Shown piece by piece: positions 1 through 10,649 of a DNA stretch of 64,000 nt (its first letter is position 1; each line of letters opens with the position of its first letter). Position numbers and translations under genes: made by a program. The notes under the pieces are model-generated. The model was not told the origin of the DNA. It saw nothing but the letters and a program-made list of their open reading frames with translations, and did not search any database. Origin of the DNA: Lachnospiraceae bacterium (GTDB lineage Bacteria; Bacillota; Clostridia; Lachnospirales; Lachnospiraceae); contig JAETQH010000020.1 of assembly GCA_021770785.1 (NCBI GenBank), positions 3,101-67,100 on the forward strand, written 5' to 3'.

Positions 1-1224
1 ATACTGGGTCAGCCAGTCTACGATTAACAAATCCGTATCAAAAATCTCTGTGTTATCCTTCGGGAAGTAGGACTGGCTGGTGGTCACGCCCCATTTATAG
101 GAACCGGAATCCGGCTCCATCTCCCCGGCAAGGATTTTAAATAAAGTGGTCTTTGCCAGCTCATTTCCGCCCACAAAAGCGATTTTATCATCATGTCCCA
201 CAATAAAGGAAACATTGTCTAGCACCTTCACACCGTCGATGGTTTTAGTAATTCCTTCTACCGTCAGTACCTCATTTCCGATTTCACGGCTCGGACGGAA
301 GTCGATATAAGGGTATTTCCGGCTGGAAGGACGGATCTCGTCCAACTGGATTTTTTCCAACGCACGCTTTCTCGAAGTTGCCTGCTTGGATTTGGAAGCG
401 TTTGCGGAGAAACGGGAGATAAATTCCTGTAATTCCTTGATTTTCTCTTCTTTTTTCTTGTTGGCTTCCTTCATCTGTTTTACCAGAAGCTGGCTGGACT
501 CATACCAGAAATCATAGTTTCCGGCGTAGAGCTGAATTTTGCCGTAATCAATATCTGCAATATTGGTGCAGACTTTATTTAAGAAATAGCGGTCATGGGA
601 AACTACGATGACGGTGTTGTCGAAGTTGATTAAAAATTCCTCTAACCAGTTGATGGCGTCTAAATCCAGGTGGTTGGTAGGCTCGTCAAGCAGCAGGATA
701 TCGGGATTTCCGAAAAGAGCCTGTGCCAATAAAACCTTGACTTTTAAAGCGCCCGGCATATCCGCCATCAGGTTGTAATGCTCCTCGGTGGGAATACCGA
801 GACCATTAAGAAGGGTGGCTGCGTCAGATTCTGCATTCCAGCCGTCCATGTCCGCAAATTCCGCCTCAAGCTCACTGGCGCGGATTCCGTCCTCGTCAGA
901 GAAATCCTCCTTCATGTAGATGGCATCCTTCTCTTTCATGATGTCGTAGAGACGCTTATTTCCCATAATCACAGTATCAAGGACCGTAAACTCATCATAT
1001 TTAAAGTGATCCTGCTGCAAAAAGGAAAGACGCTGTCCCGGGGTGATGATGATGTCACCGTTGGTGGGCTCTAGCTGCCCGGATAAAATCTTTAAAAAGG
1101 TAGATTTTCCGGCGCCGTTGGCACCGATTAAACCGTAGCAGTTTCCTTCTGTGAATTTAATATTTACATCTTCAAATAAAGCTTTTTTCCCGATACGCAG
1201 GGTAACATTATTTGCACTAATCAT
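1..1224 (-). CDS. ABC-F family ATPase (YkpA/YbiT-like), 3' end runs off the window
   Basis: Manual translation from ATG at 1224 (GGAGG RBS upstream): MISANNVTLRIGKKALF...GANGAGKST...LLLDEPTNHLD...FSANASKSKQATSRK, second ABC domain begins; absent from the ORF track because it is incomplete. Confidence 0.92.
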   Translation of the reverse strand, partial: MISANNVTLRIGKKALFEDVNIKFTEGNCYGLIGANGAGKSTFLKILSGQLEPTNGDIIITPGQRLSFLQQDHFKYDEFTVLDTVIMGNKRLYDIMKEKDAIYMKEDFSDEDGIRASELEAEFADMDGWNAESDAATLLNGLGIPTEEHYNLMADMPGALKVKVLLAQALFGNPDILLLDEPTNHLDLDAINWLEEFLINFDNTVIVVSHDRYFLNKVCTNIADIDYGKIQLYAGNYDFWYESSQLLVKQMKEANKKKEEKIKELQEFISRFSANASKSKQATSRKRALEKIQLDEIRPSSRKYPYIDFRPSREIGNEVLTVEGITKTIDGVKVLDNVSFIVGHDDKIAFVGGNELAKTTLFKILAGEMEPDSGSYKWGVTTSQSYFPKDNTEIFDTDLLIVDWLTQY

Positions 1225-1447
1225 ATTTACCTCCATGTGTACTAAAGATTTTCCGTCCAAAAATCATATCAATTCGTATCATACTAAAAAAAATATGGAA
1301 ATGCAACTGAAACTTCCTATATATTATGGAGGAATTGGGAAAAATAGAATGGAATTGCGAATGTGTTGCAAATTTACTTGGAATTTAAAGGAAATTTGTT
1401 ATAATAAAATGAGAAGTAGTTGTTCGGATAGGGAAGGGGAACTTTAC

Positions 1448-4400
1448 ATGAATACGGAAAGCTTTGATTTGAGCACAACAGAACTGTCTTTTGGGGTCTG
1501 TTGTTACCGGATAGAGAAAAATGGGGAGGGAGAGCAGAAAAAATACACCTTTGTGGATGCCAATCAAGCTTTTTTTGCCTGCATGGGATATGAACGGGAG
1601 TTTTTTGAAAGGCAGGAGCAGGTATTAGAGCAGATTGTGGCTATGAATGAGCGGAAAGAAGCAAAAAACTGGATTCATATGGCGGAAGAGAAGCCGGGAG
1701 CTTTTTTCGGGGGCATTGTGGAGATTCTGCAAAAAAACGGAAACAGAAAGCATTTAAAGTGGAAGGTGTGCTGTCAGGAGGGAGCAAGGGGGATGTCCTA
1801 CCTGATTTTTTCCTGTACCAGCGTGAATCTGTTGATTAAAACCCAGAAGGAATTATTAGATAAGCTGAATAAAGAAAAAAGTGAGCGTCGGAAAGCCAGC
1901 GATTTGATTTATGAACTGCCCTTTGGTGTGGCTGTGGTGCGGGGCAACCAGAATTTCCAGTTTGAGGTGGCAAACGACGCATTTTTAAAGCTAACAGGCT
2001 GTCCGAGTTCTGCCGTATCCTGTGGACAGGCATTTATGACGGACTATGTGCACGAGGAAGATCTGGGGCGTTTAGAGGAAGCTGTGGAGCGCTGTCAGAT
2101 GCAGAAAAGTCCGGAAGAGTTTGAACTGCGGTTAAAGACCGCAGAGGGACAGACAAGGTGGGAACTGCTGCAGTGCCAGCTGTATTATTATAAAGATGCC
2201 ATCCCCTATTACATGATTGCCACCTGGGATATCAACGACAGGAAAGAATTAGAGGACGAGCTTAAATTATTAGATGAACAGTACCGCATGCTAGAGGAAG
2301 TGACAGACGAATTTCCCTTTGAATACGATGTGCTGCAGGATCGTTTTCGAATTCCCCATAAATATTATAAGATGGGAAAAATACACGACCCGGGGCAGAA
2401 ATATATGACTCTGGAAGAGACCTGTGCCGATATTTACAGAGAAGACTGCGCCGCGTATAAGGCGGCACTCGAAAAGGCAAAAAAACAGGAAATGTCTGGA
2501 ACCATTGATTACCGCCTTAATGTTTCTCCGGCGGGGGAAGAGCCGCACTATAACTGGTATCGGACGGTGTACCGCAGCATTCCGGGGACAAATGGCGGCA
2601 TCATCCGCATTATCGGCAGAAGCTATGATATCAGCTCCGACAGAAAAATACAGGAGAAGCTCTCGGAGGAAATGCGCCTAGACCCGCTGACCCGTCTGTT
2701 AAACAAGGTGGCAACTGGGGAAGAAGTGAAAAAATATATTTCGGAAAAGCCCGAGGGTACCCAGGTGCTGTTCCTCATTGACATTGACAATTTTAAGAGG
2801 GTAAACGATACCTTCGGTCACACGGTGGGGGATACGGTGATTTCTGATATTGCCCAGCTGATACAGGAGCATTTCCAGGATACGGATATTGTAGGCAGAG
2901 TCGGTGGAGACGAATTTCTGGTATTTATGAAAAACACCACCTTAGAGGGGGCTGTGAGGAAGGCAAGGGAGCTTTGCAGCGGCAGCGGAAAGCAGTTAAT
3001 CGGTGATGATGCCGTGGTCAATGTAACCTTAAGTGTTGGAGTGGCCGTTTACGGCGTGGACGGCGAGGATTACAGCAGCCTGTTCCAGATGGCAGACCGT
3101 GCCATGTACCATATTAAGCGGAACGGAAAAAACAGTTATTCCCTTGCCCAGGACGGGGACCATGTTTACGACAATGTCAGAGGGGAAAAACAGGTGGATG
3201 CTGTCTTTGAGAAGAGACAGGAGGTTGATAAGGACTTTATGAATGTGGCGTTCAGCCTGCTTTCCCATGCGAAAGATATGAACGGCTCCTTAAATGTGCT
3301 GTTAGAGCAGATTGGAAAGAAGTATCATCTTGACATGCTGTCTGTGGTGGAGTATGAAGATGATGTGCAGCAGATGAAGCTGACTAATTATTGGAGTAAT
3401 TTCGGACAGGTTTACGAGAATACGGTAATGCAAAGGAGTATTCGGGCATTCGAAGAGGCCGTTCCGGGAGAGTTTGTTCTGGTAAAAGAAAAAGGGAGGA
3501 ACGAGCCGGCGGTTCTTTACGAAAACTGGAATACCGGGGACAGGAGAATCTGCTATCTGGGGGGAGTTAAATTTGAGTATGGGAGTAGCCATACCGGCTG
3601 CCTGTTTTTGGGAAGCCGTCAGAAAGAGCGGATTTTTGATGAGACAGAACGGATGACCTACAGTGAATTGAGCCGCGTTGTGGCAGTGTTTGTAACGCTC
3701 CGCAACAAATTAAGCGATGACCAGAAAGAAATCCGTCATTTACAGAGCCGCGACAGGCTGACAGGGCTTTATAATTTAGAAACTTTCCGCAACAGGACGG
3801 AGGAGTTGTTGGCATGGGAGGCGAGAGAAGAGGAGACACACTGCCAGTATGCTATGGTGCATGTGGATATCAATAATTTCTCCTACGTGAACGAGAATTT
3901 CGGGCTTACGGTGGGGGACAGGATTTTGACGGAATTTGGACAGATGGTGGGCAGATTAGAGCAGGTGCCCTTTGCCTGCCGGATGTATTCCGACTACTTC
4001 GTGTTGCTGGTGAAGGGAGCCGATAAAGAGGAAATCTTAAAAAATGTTTCTTCTGCAAAAGAATATTTTGAAATCCAGCAGAAACGGAAATATCCGGCGG
4101 CAAGTATGCGGCTTTCCGTGGGAATTTACTATATCGACAATCCAAAAGAGGGATTCGATTCTATTTTGGAGAGTTCAAATTTAGCCAGAAAGCAGGCGAA
4201 GGAGTCCGGCAGTATCAAATATTGTGTTTATCATGAAAGTTTCCGGGCAAAGCGTGATGATGAAATTCATGTGACAGGAAGATTTTATGCTGCATTGCAG
4301 AAGGGCGAGTTTGAAATGTTCTTACAGCCCAAGTTCCTGTTAAATGAACGAAAGGTATATGGGGCAGAGGCGCTGGCGAGATGGCGGACACCGGAGGGAA

Positions 4401-5023
4401 ATCTGGTTCCTCCGGTAAAATTCATTCCGCCCCTGGAAAATATCGGGTATATCGTGGATTTGGATTTTTATATCTTAGAACAGCTTCTGCGGGTGATGCG
4501 GAGGTGGAAAAAGGCAGGGAAACAGCTGATTACGGTTTCTACCAATTTTTCCAGAAAGAATTTCGAGAATGGTGGGGAAGACTTCATCGAACGGCTGGAA
4601 GGCACCATGAAGCGGTATGGAATTGAACCGAAATATATTGAGATTGAAATTACAGAAGGGGTTATTGTGGAAAATCTCCAGGAACTCAAGCAGTGCCTGA
4701 TGAAATTAGAGGAACTGGGGTACAGGATTGCTATTGACGATTTCGGTACGGGATATTCTTCCCTCAGCGTTTTGCTGGAAATTCCGGCAAATGTCATTAA
4801 AATCGACAAGAGTTTTACCGACAAAATAAATTTAAGCGAGCAGCGGAAATTTGTCTCCTATATGGGGCAGTTTATTTACTCGGCAAAGGAAGAAGTCATT
4901 TTTGAGGGAATCGAGACGGAGGAGCAGTTGGAGTTCCTAAGCAGCTGCGGGTTTAAATACGGCCAGGGCTATCTGATAGATAAACCGATTTCTGTCGAAG
5001 AATTTGAAAAGAAATATATATAA
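1448..5023 (+). CDS. PAS/GGDEF/EAL c-di-GMP signalling protein (PAS domains, GGDEF, GAF-like, degenerate GGDEF, EAL)
   Basis: RVGGDEF intact; second cyclase-like domain has YSDYF; EAL (GAEALARW) and DDFGTGYSS present; start moved to ATG 1448 behind a GGAAGGGG RBS. Confidence 0.9.
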   Translation: MNTESFDLSTTELSFGVCCYRIEKNGEGEQKKYTFVDANQAFFACMGYEREFFERQEQVLEQIVAMNERKEAKNWIHMAEEKPGAFFGGIVEILQKNGNRKHLKWKVCCQEGARGMSYLIFSCTSVNLLIKTQKELLDKLNKEKSERRKASDLIYELPFGVAVVRGNQNFQFEVANDAFLKLTGCPSSAVSCGQAFMTDYVHEEDLGRLEEAVERCQMQKSPEEFELRLKTAEGQTRWELLQCQLYYYKDAIPYYMIATWDINDRKELEDELKLLDEQYRMLEEVTDEFPFEYDVLQDRFRIPHKYYKMGKIHDPGQKYMTLEETCADIYREDCAAYKAALEKAKKQEMSGTIDYRLNVSPAGEEPHYNWYRTVYRSIPGTNGGIIRIIGRSYDISSDRKIQEKLSEEMRLDPLTRLLNKVATGEEVKKYISEKPEGTQVLFLIDIDNFKRVNDTFGHTVGDTVISDIAQLIQEHFQDTDIVGRVGGDEFLVFMKNTTLEGAVRKARELCSGSGKQLIGDDAVVNVTLSVGVAVYGVDGEDYSSLFQMADRAMYHIKRNGKNSYSLAQDGDHVYDNVRGEKQVDAVFEKRQEVDKDFMNVAFSLLSHAKDMNGSLNVLLEQIGKKYHLDMLSVVEYEDDVQQMKLTNYWSNFGQVYENTVMQRSIRAFEEAVPGEFVLVKEKGRNEPAVLYENWNTGDRRICYLGGVKFEYGSSHTGCLFLGSRQKERIFDETERMTYSELSRVVAVFVTLRNKLSDDQKEIRHLQSRDRLTGLYNLETFRNRTEELLAWEAREEETHCQYAMVHVDINNFSYVNENFGLTVGDRILTEFGQMVGRLEQVPFACRMYSDYFVLLVKGADKEEILKNVSSAKEYFEIQQKRKYPAASMRLSVGIYYIDNPKEGFDSILESSNLARKQAKESGSIKYCVYHESFRAKRDDEIHVTGRFYAALQKGEFEMFLQPKFLLNERKVYGAEALARWRTPEGNLVPPVKFIPPLENIGYIVDLDFYILEQLLRVMRRWKKAGKQLITVSTNFSRKNFENGGEDFIERLEGTMKRYGIEPKYIEIEITEGVIVENLQELKQCLMKLEELGYRIAIDDFGTGYSSLSVLLEIPANVIKIDKSFTDKINLSEQRKFVSYMGQFIYSAKEEVIFEGIETEEQLEFLSSCGFKYGQGYLIDKPISVEEFEKKYI

Positions 5024-5220
5024 TTTTTTAAATTGCACGGTGCATTTTTTAAAATTGCACTTGTTTTCGTACAGTTTGAAACCTTTACAATTGCCCTTTT
5101 AAATGATAAAATAATTCATAAGTCGATAATTGCATTTTTTAGGCAGAGATTGCCGGGCACATGAGTTTTCAAAATGCAAGAGACAGTCTATTAATTCATT
5201 AGAATAAGGAGGAATTAGTA

Positions 5221-8200
5221 ATGTCCAGAGCAAAACAGTCAATGGACGGTAATACAGCGGCAGCTCATGTAGCGTATGCCTTTACTGATGTTGCAGCTAT
5301 TTACCCAATTACACCATCCAGCCCGATGGCAGATACCGTAGACCAGTGGTCTGCAGCAGGACAGGAGAATATTTTCGGAAATCAGGTGAAAGTCGTAGAG
5401 ATGGAGTCTGAGGCAGGTGCAGCAGGTGCCGTACACGGTTCCCTTGCAGCAGGTGCATTAACCACTACCTTCACCGCATCTCAGGGTCTTTTATTAATGA
5501 TCCCTAACATGTACAAAATCGCTGGTGAGCAGCTTCCATGTGTATTTGATGTATCTGCACGTACCGTTGCTACCCAGTCTTTAAATATTTTCGGTGACCA
5601 CAGTGACGTATATGCCTGCCGTCAGACCGGTTTCGCTATGTTATGTGAGACCAACCCGCAGGAGGTTATGGACTTAAGCCCTGTTGCACATTTAGCAACC
5701 ATCGAGGGAAAAGTTCCGTTCATCAACTTCTTTGACGGTTTCCGTACTTCCCACGAGATTCAGAAAATCGAGAAATGGGATTACGCAGACTTAAAAGAGA
5801 TGTGCAACATGGACGCTGTAGCAGCATTCCGTGCACATGCGTTAAATCCGGAGCATCCGGCTATGCGTGGTTCTCATGAGAACGGTGACGTTTTCTTCCA
5901 GCATCGTGAGGCTTGCAACACGGCTTACAACGAGCTGCCTGCTATCGTTGAGAAATACATGGCAAAGGTTAATGAGAAATTAGGTACAAACTATGACTTA
6001 TTCAACTACTACGGAGCACCGGACGCAGAGCGTGTTATCGTAGCTATGGGTTCCATCAACGACGTAGCAGAAGAAGTTATTGATTACTTAGTAGCTAAGG
6101 GAGAGAAAGTCGGCTTAGTAAAAGTCCGCTTATACCGTCCTTGGGTATCTGAGTCCTTCTTAAAAGTTCTTCCTAAGACTGCAAAGAAGGTTGCTGTTCT
6201 TGACAGAACAAAAGAGCCGGGCGCACTTGGCGATCCGTTATACCTTGATGTTGCTACCACACTCCGTGAGGCAGGACTTGACACCATCGTATTAACAGGA
6301 GGACGTTACGGCTTAGGTTCTAAAGATACTCCGCCTTCAAGTGTATTCGCTGTATACAAAGAGTTAGAGAAAGACGATCCTAAGGCTCGTTTCACCATGG
6401 GTATCGTGGATGATGTCACGGGCTTAAGCTTACCGGAAGTAAAACCGGCTCCTATTACATCTGCAGCAGGTACGGTAGAGTGTAAGTTCTGGGGTCTCGG
6501 TGGAGACGGTACTGTAGGTGCAAACAAGAACTCTACAAAGATTATCGGTGACCACACAGACAAATATATCCAGGCATACTTCCAGTATGACTCTAAGAAA
6601 ACCGGTGGTGTAACCATTTCCCATTTGAGATTTGGTGACAAGCCAATCAAGAGCCCGTATTACATCAACCAGGCAGACTTCGTAGCTTGCCACAATCCGT
6701 CTTATGTAACAAAAGGCTTCAAAATGGTACAGGATGTAAAACCAGGCGGAGTATTCATGATTAACTGCCAGTGGTCTGACGAAGAGTTAGAGCATCACTT
6801 AAATGCAGAAGCAAAGAAATATATCGCTGATAACAACATTCAGTTATATACCATCAATGCGATTGACAAAGCAATCGAAATCGGTATGGGTAAACGTACC
6901 AATACGATTTTACAGTCTGCATTCTTCAAATTAGCAAACGTTATGCCAATCGAAGAAGCAGTAGACTTTATGAAACAGGCTGCTAAGAAGTCCTATGGCA
7001 AGAAGGGTGACGCCGTTGTAGAGATGAACTACAAAGCAATCGATGCCGGTGTAGACGCTGTACATAAGGTAGAGATCCCGGCTTCCTGGTCTAACCCAGC
7101 AGCAGATCCGGCTCCGGCTGAGTTACAGGGACGTCCTGAGACAGTGAAGATGGTAAAAGAGTTAATGAACCCAATTTCCTTAATGGATGGTGATTCTTTA
7201 CCGGTATCTGCATTCATGGGCAACCCGGACGGACAGTTCGAGCACGGCGCAGCAGCATACGAGAAACGTGGTACGGCAGTTACCGTTCCTACCTGGGATG
7301 CTGAGAAATGTATTCAGTGTAACCAGTGTGCATTTGTATGTTCCCATGCAACCATCCGTCCGTTCATGTTAAGTGAGGACGAGGTGAAAGCAGCTCCTTC
7401 TAACATCAAACTTGCTGATACCAAACCAAAGGCAGGCGAGTACAAATATACCATGAGCGTATCTCCGTTAGACTGTATGGGATGTGGTGAGTGTATCACC
7501 GTATGTCCTGTTGGTGCTATCGAGATGGTTCCTCAGGAGTCTCAGGCAGCGGAGCAGCCGGTATTTGACTACTTAGTAGCAAATGTTGGCAAGAAACCTG
7601 GTATGCCGGCAGACAACACCGTAAAAGGTTCTCAGTTTAACCAGCCGTTACTTGAGTTCTCAGGTTCCTGTGCAGGATGTGCCGAAACATCTTACGCTCG
7701 TTTAATTACACAGTTATTTGGTGAGCATATGTACATTTCCAACGCTACCGGATGTTCTTCTATCTGGGGTGGTCCGGCTGCTACATCACCATATACTGTA
7801 AACAAAGACTCCGGAAAAGGACCGGCTTGGGCTAACTCCTTATTTGAGGACAACGCAGAGCACGGTTTAGGTATGGAGATTGGTCAGAGAGTACTTCGCG
7901 AGCAGGCTATCGCTTCTGCTGAGAAATGTGCTACATCTGATAAAGCAAGTGCAGAGTTAAAAGCAGCTTATGAGAAATTTGCTGAGACAAAGAATGATAC
8001 CAAAGCAAATACACCTGCTACAGAAGCTCTTGTTGCAGAGTTAGAGAAAGCTGCAGCAGCCGGATGTCCGGACGCAAAAGCTGCTCTTGAGAAGAAGGAT
8101 TATCTTGCTAAGAAATCCGTATGGATCTTCGGTGGTGACGGTTGGGCATACGATATCGGATTCGGCGGATTAGACCATGTACTTGCCTCCGGCGAGAACG

Positions 8201-8766
8201 TAAATGTTATGGTATTCGATACCGAGATGTACTCTAATACAGGTGGTCAGGCTTCTAAGGCTTCCAACATCGGTGAAGTTTGTCAGTTTGCTGCTGCCGG
8301 TAAAGATATCGGTAAGAAGAGCCTTGCAGAAATCGCTATGAGCTATGGCTATGTATATGTAGCACAGATTGCTCTTGGTGCAAACATGGCTCAGGCTGTT
8401 AAAGTTTTAGCTGAGGCTGAGGCTTACAACGGACCTTCCTTAATCATCGGTTACGCTCCATGTGAGTTACACGGTGTGAAAGGTGGTATGAACCACTGCC
8501 AGGATGAGATGAAGAAAGCAGTAGCTGCCGGTTACTGGAACTTATTCTCATTCAACCCAGAGTTAAAAGCGGAAGGCAAGAACCCATTCACATTGACCTC
8601 TAAACCGGGCGATGGAACCTATCAGGAGTTCTTAAACAACGAGACACGTTATAGCCGTCTGACAAGAGCATTCCCGGAGAGAGCACAGAAACTCTTTGCT
8701 GCATCTGAGGAAGCTGCAAAGGCTCGTTACGAGCACTTACAGAGATTAGTTGAGCTTTACAAATAA
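5221..8766 (+). CDS. nifJ: Pyruvate:ferredoxin (flavodoxin) oxidoreductase
   Basis: YPITPS motif, two CxxCxxC ferredoxin motifs, GGDGWAYDIG TPP-binding motif, 1181 aa, strongly biased codon usage. Confidence 0.97.
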   Translation: MSRAKQSMDGNTAAAHVAYAFTDVAAIYPITPSSPMADTVDQWSAAGQENIFGNQVKVVEMESEAGAAGAVHGSLAAGALTTTFTASQGLLLMIPNMYKIAGEQLPCVFDVSARTVATQSLNIFGDHSDVYACRQTGFAMLCETNPQEVMDLSPVAHLATIEGKVPFINFFDGFRTSHEIQKIEKWDYADLKEMCNMDAVAAFRAHALNPEHPAMRGSHENGDVFFQHREACNTAYNELPAIVEKYMAKVNEKLGTNYDLFNYYGAPDAERVIVAMGSINDVAEEVIDYLVAKGEKVGLVKVRLYRPWVSESFLKVLPKTAKKVAVLDRTKEPGALGDPLYLDVATTLREAGLDTIVLTGGRYGLGSKDTPPSSVFAVYKELEKDDPKARFTMGIVDDVTGLSLPEVKPAPITSAAGTVECKFWGLGGDGTVGANKNSTKIIGDHTDKYIQAYFQYDSKKTGGVTISHLRFGDKPIKSPYYINQADFVACHNPSYVTKGFKMVQDVKPGGVFMINCQWSDEELEHHLNAEAKKYIADNNIQLYTINAIDKAIEIGMGKRTNTILQSAFFKLANVMPIEEAVDFMKQAAKKSYGKKGDAVVEMNYKAIDAGVDAVHKVEIPASWSNPAADPAPAELQGRPETVKMVKELMNPISLMDGDSLPVSAFMGNPDGQFEHGAAAYEKRGTAVTVPTWDAEKCIQCNQCAFVCSHATIRPFMLSEDEVKAAPSNIKLADTKPKAGEYKYTMSVSPLDCMGCGECITVCPVGAIEMVPQESQAAEQPVFDYLVANVGKKPGMPADNTVKGSQFNQPLLEFSGSCAGCAETSYARLITQLFGEHMYISNATGCSSIWGGPAATSPYTVNKDSGKGPAWANSLFEDNAEHGLGMEIGQRVLREQAIASAEKCATSDKASAELKAAYEKFAETKNDTKANTPATEALVAELEKAAAAGCPDAKAALEKKDYLAKKSVWIFGGDGWAYDIGFGGLDHVLASGENVNVMVFDTEMYSNTGGQASKASNIGEVCQFAAAGKDIGKKSLAEIAMSYGYVYVAQIALGANMAQAVKVLAEAEAYNGPSLIIGYAPCELHGVKGGMNHCQDEMKKAVAAGYWNLFSFNPELKAEGKNPFTLTSKPGDGTYQEFLNNETRYSRLTRAFPERAQKLFAASEEAAKARYEHLQRLVELYK

Positions 8767-8814
8767 TCTTTGATAAGCAGAATTTAAGAAAATATACGCC
8801 CAACGGGCTATAAG

Positions 8815-8854
8815 AAAAGGCACAGCCTCATATAAATAGGGGCTGTGCCTTTTC
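8815..8854 (+). terminator. Intrinsic terminator after nifJ
   Basis: AAAAGGCACAGCC ... GGCTGTGCCTTTT inverted repeat. Confidence 0.8.
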
Positions 8855-8959
8855 CTTGATTTAGTAGAAAAATCTTGTTTTTAATGCTATTTCAATATTT
8901 TCTGTATAAAATAAACCGCAGAAAAGGAGAAATGAGCAGACTCATGGTTTGGAGGATTC

Positions 8960-9634
8960 ATGCGGATATTAGTAGTAGAAGATGAAAAGGATATGAACCG
9001 GATTATCGTCCGAAGGTTAGAGGTGGAAGGTTATTGCGTGGATACCTGTTATGACGGGGATAGTGCCTATGATTATTTGTGCATGGCGGAGTACGATGGA
9101 GTGCTGTTAGATGTGATGCTGCCTAAGACGGACGGTTTTACAGTTTTAAAAAAGGTACGCAGCAGGGGAATTACGACGCCTATCCTGCTCTTGACCGCAA
9201 AAAGTGATGTTACTGATATTGTGCAGGGGCTTGATTTAGGGGCGGATGACTATGTGGTAAAGCCTTTTGATTTTCAGGAACTATTGGCGAGAATCAGGCT
9301 GATTACCCGGAAAAAGGCAGAGGTTCATGAAAATATTTACAGCTGCGGGGATTTGACGGTGGACTGCAATAAACGGACAGTGAAACGAGGGGAAAAGGAC
9401 ATAGAGCTTTCTCCGAAAGAATATTCGGTGCTGTTGTATTTAATCAGAAATCAGAATATTGTGGTCACCAGAGAACAGATTGAGGCAAATATCTGGGATT
9501 TTGAACGATATGGGAGTTCCAATCTGGTAGATGTTTATATCCGGTACCTGAGGAAAAAGATTGACGATGGTTTTGAAAAAAAGATGATTCAGACCATCAG
9601 AGGGGTGGGATATTTATTAAAAGAAACAGAGTAA
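8960..9634 (+). CDS. OmpR-family response regulator
   Basis: Receiver domain (VVEDE, LLDVMLP, KPF) plus winged helix (VDVYIRYLRKKID, TIRGVGY). Confidence 0.95.
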   Translation: MRILVVEDEKDMNRIIVRRLEVEGYCVDTCYDGDSAYDYLCMAEYDGVLLDVMLPKTDGFTVLKKVRSRGITTPILLLTAKSDVTDIVQGLDLGADDYVVKPFDFQELLARIRLITRKKAEVHENIYSCGDLTVDCNKRTVKRGEKDIELSPKEYSVLLYLIRNQNIVVTREQIEANIWDFERYGSSNLVDVYIRYLRKKIDDGFEKKMIQTIRGVGYLLKETE

Positions 9635-9648
9635 AATCAGTCTCGATT

Positions 9649-10581
9649 ATGCGGTACCTTATTGTGCTGCCGTCACTGGCAATATCCGTTATGGCGGTGG
9701 TTATGCTGGTTCTGGTGCATATTTTATCCAATGCGGCAGTGGAGTATGATGTGAAAAAGACACTGGCGGGCGGAGTGAGGGTGAATCAGAAGCTTTTGGC
9801 AGTGGTAGAAGGGAAATTAGAGGTACCGGAAGACTTTGAATATAAAAGTGATAATATTTATTTTTTGATACTAGGGCAAAACGGTACTATTATTTCAGGG
9901 GAATATCCGGAAGAGTTTACTGTGGAAGTACCTGTGGAATTAACAAAAACCCAGACCATTAAGTGGGAGAGAGAACAGTATCTCATTAAGGATGTCAGGA
10001 TAAAAAATGCGGGAAAAGAACTCTACGTCCTGCGGGGCGTTGTAAAAAAAGAAGACATTTACAGCAGTTATAAGAGCATAGAAAACATCTCTTATCTGAG
10101 CATTTTGGTAGTATTCTTTGTGATTACGGCAAGCGGAGTGGTTTTGTTCCGGCAGATTTCCAGAATAATCAAGAATATGTGCCAGTCCATAGAGAATATC
10201 GGGCAGAATGCGGATATATCCCAGCGTCTTGAGGAAGATGACCGCATATACGAAATACGGGTATTAGCTCAGGCAAACAATAGAATGTTAGACAGGTTAG
10301 AGCAGGGAAGAATGTAGTTAGGGAAAGAAGAGATAGACCTTGTGGAGATTGTTCAGTCTGTCTGTGAGGAACAGCAGGAGAAAGCAGAGAAAGAAATCAA
10401 GATTGACATGTGTTTGTCCCCGGCTTATGGAACAGGTGATATTGAGTTAATCACTATTGTAATCCAAAATCTGATTACGAATGCCATTAAGTTTAGCCCC
10501 CAAAAGAGGAAAATTGAAGTGAGGACAGGCACACAGAGGGATGGTATTTTTACCCTGATTTTGCCGGAAAAAGAAAATTAA
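9649..10581 (+). pseudogene. Degraded sensor histidine kinase (in-frame TAG at 10315, HisKA region and most of the HATPase missing)
   Basis: TM-sensor-TM-HAMP, then DRLEQGRM*LGKEEIDL in frame; N-box NLITNAIKF present, but no H-box and no G1/F/G2 boxes. Confidence 0.8.
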
Positions 10582-10608
10582 AAAAGAGAACAATTTGGTT
10601 TTATACCG

Positions 10609-10646
10609 GAGAGGGGAGTACGGAAATTTGTCCGTACTCCCCTCTC
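10609..10646. terminator. Hairpin between convergent genes
   Basis: GAGAGGGGAGTACGGA ... TCCGTACTCCCCTCTC perfect stem. Confidence 0.7.
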
Positions 10647-10649
10647 GTT

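Noticed and set aside
1151-1447. Long N-terminal extension of the GGDEF/EAL ORF
   Set aside because: Overlaps the start of the opposite-strand ABC-F gene; an RBS supports ATG 1448
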